From: Lingula anatina
Lineage: Eukaryota > Animalia > Brachiopoda
NCBI GenBank assembly: GCA_051362555.1
Contig: CM120646.1
Location: 22,382,001-22,446,000 of the forward strand
Direction of reading: 5' to 3'
Length of the DNA: 64,000 bases
In this document: one piece after another, positions 38,930-49,197 of the stretch
Position numbering within the stretch: the first letter of the stretch is position 1
Layout: the number at the start of each line of letters is the position of its first letter
Translations under genes and position numbers: made by a program
Notes under the pieces: generated by a model
Databases searched by the model: none
Seen by the model: only the letters and a program-made list of their open reading frames with translations
Told to the model about the DNA's origin: nothing

Positions 38930-41900
38930 GTGCCGATCTATGGCAGGATTAGCTAACAATCCAATCTCTTTAATACAAATGCTCCCAATACACGTAAGCG
39001 CACATCATGTGGCAATGTACCTTTGTAGCACTTTTTCATTCTGGTGACAATTATTAACTACTCACTATTCCTCTACGTCCACGTCTTCCATAATCATATA
39101 TCATAATCACTCGATTTTCACTAAAACTCATCTGAAATCAGTTCAACATAGAGATCTCAACGGCCGGGTGATGAATCAAAATTCCAGTTAGGCAATTCTC
39201 AAAGTATCAGATATACGTAATATCAGGCATTAGCCGACAAACCGCGTTCAGTCGAACAGGCTTGGCTTTAACTGGCAATCGTACACCCATCGCTACAATG
39301 GACACTGGCATTTATTGTTACTCAGTCCAAATGGAGATAAACCAAAACCATGCATGCTCAATAATTATCTCAACGTGATTAAATAAAACATGCATAAAAC
39401 AATGAAAAAACATGAGGAAAGTATCACCAGCGTGCAACTCATACTTTAGAAGTTAATGTAGCGAATGAGCTGTGGGAATAATAAAAGGCGGGGTGCACTT
39501 TGTGTTAAGGGACACAGTACACTGTGGAACAAACTGATTTCCACAATAATTAAGCCTACACAGCATCGGAAATATGAGCATCACTGGTACATAATATTAC
39601 ATAACAGAAAGTATATATCTATTGCTCGATTTGCAAAGTAATACAACGGCAATTTAAGTATTAATTTTTTTATAAACTACTGGATGAATCAAAGCATTCA
39701 GACTTGTTGTCATTTATTCTTGTCATTTATATAAAGCATAATCGAAATGGCAGTTAACTTGCATCCAAGATAATAGGATGACGGCACGTAATTTTTATAA
39801 TCGTTGTCTGAATGTTGGATTCCGTAATGAAGCAATTTCAGTTTAAAACAAACGAAAGAAAACTGATCATGGTATTCGTACATGTAAGCTGTGAAATTAA
39901 TATACAGTTACACGAGGGACTTGTTAAGCAGATAATGCATTGACTGTTTTATTTTTATACTTGGGGTCAGAAAACCTATGAAGTTCGTGGTTACGCTGCA
40001 ATACGCTAAGGGCTTTATGCACTAAAAGAATCAATGATCTGGGCGTACTAACGGGTTGCTTTTCAACCTGTTTTAGAATTTCTAATATTTGGGGGACCTT
40101 GACTGCGGTCCCAACATGCCTTTTATGTGATCGTTAGCTTCGATTCGATTTTCCTGTTGTGAAAGATACAGGTTTAAATCAGGGTTATTTCGAAAAGCCC
40201 ACCAATAATCTATTCTAACAATCCACAAAAGTTACATTTTTGATATAATCATTTCAAATAAGAAGAAAATAAAGGCGGGTAAATGAATAACATCGACACG
40301 CATTTGGTCTATGTAAATCCTAACATGACCAAGGTACAGTAATTTAGAAAGAACAGACCTGTCGCAATAATGGTGCCGTGACTAATCGATAGACAATTAT
40401 TACATCAAAATCCTTTCATCTGCGTCGCCTGTTACGTTTTCATTTTCTGATACCATACTAATGTTTTTGGTAAAATTGGTGTCAGGCAAAATGAGTAATG
40501 AAAACTGTAAAAAAAAAAGAAGCTCCAAATGGCAGCGGCTTGCCGAAACATTTACTCAATGTTGAAGAAAATCTATTTGTCAACGGAAATACAGCAACAA
40601 TGTCATCTCGTCGTGACATATGCTCATCCGCTGACAGGTTAAGATGTGACAGAGACATGCAGAAATAAGCCTTCTTTGTTGCTGAACAGAAGTTTTTCCC
40701 CCTTTTTTATCTACAAACATTATATTCCCGTTTTCAACGACCAGATATCAGTACCCATGTATGTGTTTTTACTACGGGTAAGAGTGCCGGACTGGACACT
40801 GATGCAGAAGCAAAATATCATTCGTTTTGGATACCGTGCCTCTACAGAGACATAGGGACTTAATTTTCTATTGGAACTGTCTTGGCAAAAACAATGCTAG
40901 ATTGCAAACAAACGCACGCACGCACAAACACATGCACACACACACACACACACACGCTCCCATACACATAAATATATATCACTCAATGCGTTTGTATGTT
41001 CGTTTTCATAGTAAACTCGAAGCTGACATCAAATCATGTCGCTTTCATACCACCCTTAAACACCTACAGTGCCTTTAGCAATGGATTATCTCTGTTCTCC
41101 TGACCCGACATGCATTTCACAAGCGATTGATATGCGTCTACTAGTCTCACAGGGACATTCAACTACCTCTTATACACGATATGTGATTGTACTAAGATAA
41201 AATCCTTCACAGACATCAAGTAGTTAACCCAAACTCATGTGAGATTCTGCCCAATAAATAGACCGCTGTGCATTGTACGCATCTCTCACAACGCCGTGAG
41301 CTGGTCGAAGTTGGTTAGACTGTCTCCTAACACAGATATAATTAAGATATGGATCTTTTTAAACCCACATCTTTTCTATTAAAAATGTCACAACGCGATT
41401 TCCGTAAAAGGCAACACAATTAAGGCGTGGGTTTAATATCGAATGTAATAGTACAAGGTATGTTCTTTTTATTAATCCTCTTGTTTTATGGCACCATGAT
41501 CCCAGTATATTTTCTCCACTACCCACGGACCATCTACCGCGGCTATGGTACCGTGATGTCCGTTATACACACATTATAGACGATTCGCCAAGGTCATCGG
41601 AAAGAAAACCCATACACAAGCACAGAAAACATGACTATTAACTGCATCGTGTGGGAGGTATTGTGGCTTTTAGGTATTGAGGGAAGGACAACGCCCGCGT
41701 GTTGTTCATTCTAAGGTCACAAAAATCATTTATCTATCCCCCATTGCCTTTCACCGGTACCTTCCAAAATATCACTTCTAATAACGTTTAACGTAGTGCC
41801 TTTTTGTGGAGAGGATCCGCAGAGGATCCGTAGGACCAAGCAAATAAATAAGGCCACTATCTAATATTCGCCTTGCCTGACCTAACACCATAATCTTGAA

Positions 41901-44900
41901 ATGAAAAAAATAGCTATCAAACTCTACGTGAATTTCCAAAGTAATTCTATACTGCTGAGGTTTATGACCACACGTAAAGATGTTTCACCATTCACTAGTA
42001 GCGTGTATTAAGCGGTCGGGTATAAAACCCTGCCTCGCAGCACGACCCTGCCTTATTGAAAACCGAGGTAAATGAACCGATATTGAGTTCTTTTTTCCCT
42101 TTTACTTGCTCATACATGTTGATGTTAAACCACCGGGGAGGAAGGCGGAAGCGAACTGACAACACAGACTAGCATCTCTTGAAAGAGCTGATACAGAGAT
42201 ACATCTAAGATGACCGGGGCGAATTTTTCTCGATTGCGATATAATTGACCATCTGAATGACACGTATATTTATATAAAACCAATATCGGCAACGAGTCGG
42301 AATAATGACTTGAGAGTTTCTCAAAGAGCCGACACAATGGAATGCGTATATAATGTGGACAAAATGTAGAATGTCGAGGGTTAATCTTTAATTAGACAAA
42401 AATGTACAGTGTATTTACACGTATGTTTACATATCGCGCTTATATCGTTATAAGCAAGTTAACGAAATAATAAGGAACTAGGCAAAAAATCGGCATAACT
42501 CATGGTGTAGCCCTGCTTGTTTTCTTAAAGCTAACATGACATGATGAGCCGTTCATTAAACCCTGAGGATCGCATGCAAACTTCCAAGATTGTTCTATAA
42601 AATTGCATGTGGGATGAGGAGGCAAAATAGACATCCGTAGGTTGAGATTGTATGTAATATTCAGTTGGCACATGAGACAAGAGAAAATTGGTATTGAATG
42701 AAATCTAGCTATGTACAGAAAACGAATGTATGGACTGGTACTTGTTGTGTTATTATAAAAAAAAGGCGTAAAGTAATATAGAACGTATTCTTGCGTTGGC
42801 ATAGAAATCAAGAATGGTATCAAATATATATACCTTTATAACAATATGGTGTTGGTGTAGAGGATAAATATCTGCCGTTATAGAAAATAAAAGCAAGCGT
42901 TTGTACATGTAGGGTGAGCGTTTTTTCTTCACCCGGTCATCAGCTGTAGCAGTAGTTCACTGTCTTAGATATCACGTGTCAGTGAAAATATTGCAGTTGT
43001 AATTTCAAATGGAATATTTTGTACCTTAACCTATGATGAGCATCAACAGTTTGCACGATGTCCCACTGATATCAATATACTGCAATGGGGTAGTCCAAAT
43101 CACGCACAGTTGCACGTGCTTTTACACCAGGCTTTTTTACACATGAAAACATAATAACAACGAGAGGGTGACCGAAGAATTATGCCTTTTTTCAAGATCA
43201 AATCTCAGCGTTTCAGAGATTGAAACGCGGTGATCACAAATGTCACCTCGCAAATTTATGTAATTAGCGCCCGACACAACATTTCCGAAGAAGTCATAGT
43301 TACAGCAATAAGGTCAGTTAACGGATTGTGTGAATGTCAAAAGAAAGCTCCCGAGATTATTCAAAAACGAATAGAGTTTACACCAAAACCAGAACCTCGT
43401 TACTGTGCATCATTTATGAATCTGACACTATCTCTCTTTTGAACTTGTAATGTATAAGAGCTATCTCGATGGAATACCTCGCATGCGCTATACAAATATA
43501 TGAATACATGGAATAAAGAGTCAGACAAATGTTATTATTCCTAACAGACAGATCTTGCCTGCCCGTGGCCAAGGCTGGTTACGTATAAACATATTTCCAG
43601 CGCACGTTGAAGTCTGCACAACACACTTGCTGTGGTTGTAGGAGCAAACAAACCCGCAAGGAAAAATAGATCTGATAACACACATGCAACTCAGCCGAAT
43701 CTGGAAGTATATTTCGTGACCAAGATTTGCATTCGTTTGTCTCATCATTAATGTACACATGAACGTGCTATTAAACACTGGAGAAATCATAGTTATTTTG
43801 TAAAGCTAAACATCTGATTAAATCAAAAGTCACATAAATAAGTAATCTAAATAAAGCTTTGATATGCGTTGATATACATCTCTCACCAGAACTGGAGTAA
43901 CCATATACTTAATGTCTCACCGCAAATACTCAGTGTGGCAAACAGAATGTTTAACTGATGGTATGCCAGACTTGGATTACTTTCCACGTACATCGATGTA
44001 ATTGTAAACTGGACATCTCAATCCCTCACAGAATTTCTCAGCAGACCTCTGTCTTATTTTGATTAAATCTCTACATTTTTAAAATGTGGTGGTGGCTTTA
44101 AAGGGAATTGAATAAGAAGAAAGGGGGGTTTTAGGTGTATTATTTAATTTATTTTATCAATAACAATCGTGTGTATGCGTGCGTGTGTACACGTGCCCGC
44201 GTGTGTGTATGAAGGTAAGTTAACATTTAAGTATTTCACCCCACGACCCTAAATATGACAAGACGATAACTTACCTCATAATAAACGGCCGGGGGCATCA
44301 CCAGGAAGGCCACCATGATGTCCGCCACGGCCAGGGAGACGATGAAATAATTGGTCACATGCTGCAAAGACTTCTCCTTAAAGACACTTAAACACACCAG
44401 GACGTTGCCGAAGATAGTCAACAGCGGGATGAAGAGGAGGAAGAGAAGCCAGTAGCGTATATCCGCGTCGCTCTCCTCTGTACCATTGGTCACGTTGGCG
44501 TACTCGGTGGTGACAGACACGCACCAAGTGGCGTTAGGGCACATGAGGTCTGCCAGGGTGGTATTCACTAGGAACGCGCTTTCTCCATGGGGACCAGCGC
44601 CGGCTGCAGCCGCGGCGTTCGTCGACCACGTGCTGTTAAAGCTCTCTTTCAGCCTCTCGGTAACAAGAGAGGATGTATTAGCGGTCAGCGCTTCGGTTAA
44701 ACTTCCAGTGACATTGTGCACGACACTTATCGTCTCTCGAACAACACTCGAGGGTTTTGTCCAATCACTGCTGTTCGCAACAACACTCGGAAATGTGTTT
44801 GCGACGGTTTTTGCACTTTGGAGTTGATCATAAGCCGGATACTGCGCAAAGCTCGATATTGACTGCAGTTCCTCGTGCTGGAAGCTAGACTGTGTTAAGT

Positions 44901-46086
44901 TATCTACCAGCGTTTCCGATAGATCAGATAAAGTAGGTGGAGTAATGGAAGTTAAATTCAAATAGCCCGATGATGAGTTTACAGATGAACTACCGACAGG
45001 TGTGCTTGAATAATGTTTGTTTAGTTCACCTGCTTCAGAAGGTGATGAAGTAAAAAATGTTCCAGGGTCTTTAATAGATTCCGTGAAAGCCTGCGCGGCA
45101 GCTTTAGCACCATCGAACAATTCCGCGGTAATGTTTTGTCGGTCTGTAAAATGCGTTACTGATGCACTGTTATTAAAAGTCGGTGTTGAGTTATTAATAG
45201 AGGACACATTGAAGAAACCAGCGGCGCGTTCAGTGCCAGGTGACGACGTGGTGATAGCTGATTCAGTTCCGACGCCGATTCCATCGTCTATATCGGTTAC
45301 ATTATTGAAAGTATTTGTAAAGTTACCTCTGTAGTAGCTGCCTGATGTTTGATCCCCTACCGTGCCACGGAAATGGTCGGTAAAGGTCGTCTCAGTGAAA
45401 CGTTTTTTCCAAAGCTGCAAGTGAGAAGGCCGTGACTCGCCGCTTAGTGTAATCTGGACAGAGTGGGGAGTCGTAGCACCATCAGTATCAGAGCCGCTGG
45501 TAAGTTCATCGGTCAAGTTTTTAAGACCTGACCGTATTATTGACTTAGCATCGGAAGGAACACTTGAAGTGGTGTTTTGAAAAACGGAAGAAGTGGAAGT
45601 ATCACTGTTGTTGTTGAAGTCACCGTAACTTGGCCACCAGCTGCGGAGCGTCGTGGTAGCAGCGCCGTCAGATTCTGAAGCAGCTCCTGGAAACCCGGGC
45701 TCTTTATTGGCTTCTGTGTTTGCGTATCTAATCACGTCCCCGTCGGCGTTGCGCGTAGTATTTTCTAAGTTCGTTTGAAAACCTTTGATTAGAATCTGTT
45801 TGACGTTTTTAGCTATGTGATAATTTCTCGAATCATTGGCGGCAACTGTCTTGTCAAAATCACTGGAATTGTACCGAAAAAGCTCGGGGAAGATGTTTCC
45901 ATTGACGCCTCCGGCAACAGAGGTGTTCCGTGCTTCCAATAGAGCCTCTGTAACATTAACTGCACGGTGTGCAGCGCTCTCTAGCTCCCTGCCGCCTGGT
46001 ATTTCACCTTTGTTGGTGATAAGCCCTCCGGTAAACCCATCCACGTTTGTAATGTTGGGACGTGGCATGTGCGTTGAACTTGCCAT
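18352..46086 (-). CDS. Dop2R: D2-like dopamine receptor (class A aminergic GPCR), ~1009 aa, 4 coding exons
   Basis: Exons 46086-44275 (1812 nt), 20336-20227 (110), 19860-18995 (866), 18593-18352 (242); 3030 nt, phases 0,2,1. TM1 GNVLV; TM2 SLAVAD..V.P; TM3 [25 protein letters not shown] (Asp3.32); ICL2 [18 protein letters not shown] as in invertebrate D2-like receptors; TM5 [10 protein letters not shown] (Ser5.42/5.43/5.46); long ICL3 ending [14 protein letters not shown]; TM6 CWVPFF; TM7 [14 protein letters not shown]; short Cys-containing C-tail. Confidence 0.92.
18995..19860 (-). CDS. Dop2R: Dopamine receptor coding exon 3 (ICL2, TM4, TM5, ICL3, start of TM6)
   Basis: ttttcag| ... TLAIVL G|gtgggt. 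Confidence 0.93.
20227..20336 (-). CDS. Dop2R: Dopamine receptor coding exon 2 (ECL1-TM3)
   Basis: ctccag|[37 protein letters not shown]|gtgagg; not in the ORF track. Confidence 0.93.
26156..26253. mobile_element. Short MITE-like remnant (CAGTGGCGG...CCGCCCCTG termini)
   Basis: Imperfect TIR CAGTGGCGG / CCGCCCCTG, internal poly-C, CATGG directly repeated on both sides. Confidence 0.5.
28244..28373. mobile_element. MITE family A, copy 1 (~130 bp, TIR TACCCTCTACCA.GG.GAC, 9-bp TSD)
   Basis: TACCCTCTACCAAGGTGACAGAT ... ATCGGTCGCCCTGGTAGAGGGTA; flanks GCAGAGTGG / GCAAAGTGA (7/9); homologous to 59183-59317. Confidence 0.85.
28986..29171 (+). repeat. 25-bp minisatellite (~7.5 units) containing eight CACGTG E-boxes
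   Basis: Unit ACACAGTGGCATCTnnTTCCACGTG; CACGTG at 29030, 29055, 29080, 29100, 29125, 29150, 29157, 29164. Confidence 0.95.
30590..31710 (+). repeat. Diverged direct repeat pair (~120 bp) about 1 kb apart
   Basis: TAGATACAATCGCCAGAAAATnGCCAA at ~30629 and ~31626, each followed by GGTTT...AAAAACTGATAA. Confidence 0.7.
35531..35694. mobile_element. MITE family B, copy 1 (fold-back element with ~50-bp imperfect TIRs)
   Basis: CATTCAGAA..GGGACTAAC....GTCAAATATGGCCGACCCACT versus AGTGCGTCGCCATATTTGAC....GTTAGTCCCC..TTCTGAATG. Confidence 0.75.
36625..36819. mobile_element. MITE family B, copy 2
   Basis: TTGATCCACGGACTAACTAGTC..TCAAATATGACGCCCACTTGA versus TCAAGTGGGTGGCGCTATATTTGA...GATCAA; shares GGACTAAC and TCAAATATG.CG.CCACTTGA with copy 1. 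Confidence 0.7.
44275..46086 (-). CDS. Dop2R: Dopamine receptor coding exon 1 (long N-terminus, TM1-TM2)
   Basis: 604 codons; in-frame TAA ~14 codons upstream of the ATG; ends PPAVYYE|gtaagt. Confidence 0.9.
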
Positions 46087-46539
46087 GCTCGCGTTGTCTT
46101 TTCCAATGGTCTTTAACGAAAATAATTACTCCAGACCAGGAAACGCGCACAGGCTTGGGCGATTTCTTGTCATTTTGAAAACATTTTATTGGTTGATGTG
46201 CGTTCCTGGCTTCTTTCAACCCATCCAACGGCAATTAGCTGGTGTAGGAGGTCAGTTAGCGCTTAACAGCGGTTATTTTGATTACGACCCTCTTAACAGG
46301 GGGAAAACCCTTTGTATAGGTCACGTAGCTGTCAGGTGGTCAGTCTCTCCAAATCTAAAATGTTTCATGAAATCCGCACTTCAATTTCTATCTATAAGCG
46401 TGGATCTGTTTTTCACATTTTCCAGTGCTATCAAATAGTTATCACTAATTTGACATGGTTCCTGAAGCTTTCATCCTCAGTCAATACGTGCACTTTAACA
46501 CCACATGGCTGCTGAAGGTACTCATTGTAAAAGGGAGAC
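46087..46539 (-). other. Probable 5' UTR portion of the receptor's first coding exon
   Basis: Strong acceptor catcttcttttgcag| at 46540-46541 implies non-coding exon(s) further right; several upstream ATGs. Confidence 0.45.
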
Positions 46540-48887
46540 CTGCAAAAGAAGATGTGATGCATTATTAAATTATCCATTTTTAAATGTATAAATATTGTTA
46601 AAACAATACGATGTGTGTATTTACTCCTACTCTGTAAATTCAAACATGCTTATAATCTTGTACTTTAACAACCTTAAAGATACACAAGAAGCGAGAGTAA
46701 ATGCCCTGATTGTAATGTATATGGATTATAAGGACGAGTTTCTTAAAAAACACAGATAAAATCTACAAACCAAAAAAGTCAACAAAACTTAATCTCTCAG
46801 AAAGTAAGCAGAAACTAAGCAAAAATATCAGTTTAAATATCAATTTTCGGAAAATGATGTGACAAAATTCTGTGTTACTATAACTTCTTTAAAGCATACT
46901 CTTTGAGACTACACGGTGGCATTTGGTCAGGTTTAGCGGCAATGACTAAAAATAAGTACTCTCTTAATATGCATCTTGAACATTGCCCTGTTCATGAAAT
47001 TGTGTCATATTTCTATCTTTATTATATTTCTTTTTTATTTGCACATGTGATAGTCAATAAAACAAAAGGTGAGACCCTAATTTGCGGGTGTTCAAAACTG
47101 TAGCCGTGCGTCCAACCGACACTTATTCTAAATAACGCTCTCACCTTTCCATGCATTAAGTTATGGTACCCATTAATCGTGTATTAAAATGTTAAACGCT
47201 ATAAAAGTACGCTGTATGCTGCCTTGGCTACATCCCAGTGAATAGCAGATTCAAATATCTAAGGTTAACGTCATTTGATTTCCAAACCGAAACCGTTTTA
47301 CATGGACTGGAAAATTTCTAAATGTGACATCTGAAACAGACATCGATTGCGGCTTAAATTTCTCTTAAAATTAATGGACTGTAATGGCAAACTCATCCCT
47401 GCGAAACTACATGCAATACCGTGTCATAACCTTGTTACACTCCAAGCTTCCCTTGTGTGTATTCATGAAGTGCTACAGCTGCATCCAAACACTTCAAAAC
47501 CCTAAGATTTCATTCATCTACTTCATTTTGTGATGAAAGATTCTTTTCATCATAACCGGATCGTCTCTATGTGTACCGAACCTCTTTTGTTGCATAGGCG
47601 AAATCGCGCTTACCTACCAAGTAGGAATGCCAATATGGTTACATTACTTTATTTAAAGGCTCGTACTTTGAAGTGACAATGCTTTGCCAAGAGACTTCGT
47701 CTGAAATGATATAACAATCAAACGAACATGTTGAATGAACCGGTATTAATTTGAATCATGCATTAATAAAATCCATCAAACTATTATTATTCACTTACAA
47801 GTTGTACTGATAAATAATGAATACTCAGCGTGATAATTCAAAAACTCCGGGACCAGCATTAAGGGTTTTCAAGTGTACAATATCATTTAAGGTATTCAGT
47901 AAGGATTTTGATTCCCCTCATGTCAAAACATTTTCAAAATACTTCTACCACGGTTTATACAGTGCGAGCTCATGCTATCTAAGACGAAAGTACAATAAAT
48001 GAAAATTCGGTATTGTCCTTTTTTACAACCACTCCATAATGTATCAGCGATGACAAGTACTTTGACAGACATCAAATCAATTAAGTACCGACTTACTTTA
48101 CTCATTTGATGTAATAGTCGCATATTATTCCCATTGAAGGGTCGATCTGTGAGGTACTGGATACAAAGAAGACAATTTGAAATGCCCAGTGCTTGCCAAA
48201 AATCGTCTTTAATATTTTAAACATAAAATAAGCAGCAAAAACGCACTGATGAAAAGATGAACGACACTGGATTGTTTATTATTAAAGTTTATCTTTCGCT
48301 GTATAATATGCTACGCCATTGCTGGTCAAACTGATTCTTACTAACCACAGGTATATTTTCTTTATAGAAGTGAAATGCAAATGCAACCTATATACGAGTA
48401 AATTTAAAGGTAGTTATAGAGTTGGTGAAATTGTAGCAAAGCGATGTCAACGCAATGCCTGTTTTCAAGTTTCTAACAACAAAACAGTGCAATGTAGTCT
48501 GACCGGACAACATATTTTTTTTAGATCTTCGGACCCAAAGTGGCTTAATGATTCTTCACGTGTAAAACCTAGAATGTCCATCACAAGTAGTGGAATTTAT
48601 TGATTATGTTTTTATTCATATGTAAGGAAAGGCTAAAGCTTTATGAAGACATTTTGATAAAAACTCCCGAGGACAGCTGCTACTACAATATAAGACCCAG
48701 CTTTAATTACGGCTGTCCGGGAATCTCAATGTTTCAGGTAAACAGAAAGTTATTTGATAACTTTTTTTATGACAACTGACGACTAGCCTGCTGTCATGAG
48801 ACGAAAGTATCAATCAAAACCTGTCGGATATTCTCTACTTAAAGCAATGTCATAAAAGATTGAAAGTGTGTAAGCACTTAAGGCATC

Positions 48888-49197
48888 ATTGCCGACGCCT
48901 AGGTGGTTATGTTTTCATCAACGTGACTGTCTGAGTGTTTGTTTGTCGCCAGCCTAACTCAAAAAGTTATAAATGGATTTTGATGAAATTTTCAGAATAG
49001 GCCAGAAACTGGCTAACTTTAAAGTGATCAGATAATGGTAGTGATCCCTGATTCGGATCACTATCTGGATCCACGAGTTAAAAAGTTATTAACCATATAG
49101 GGCCAATGATCTTCACCCTTGTGCAGCAGATGTACTACAGTTTAGCGAGCAGGGTCCTTGGCGACTACCTGTACGTTCTCTGGGTGCTTTCCTAGTT
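48888..49197 (+). mobile_element. Helentron-associated (HINE/DINE-1-like) non-autonomous rolling-circle element
   Basis: 5' subterminal CGCCTAGG with its inverted partner CCTTGGCG near the 3' end; GGTTATGTTTT then a GTTT/GTCT microsatellite; TAACTCAAAAAG..TGGATTTTGATGAAATT core; internal GATCC/GGATC hairpins; 3' imperfect stem-loop then CTAGTT. Confidence 0.7.

Noticed and set aside
44486-46438. Plus-strand ORFs (113, 105 and 200 aa) overlapping receptor exon 1
   Set aside because: Antisense shadows of a long coding exon; no independent splice or domain support.
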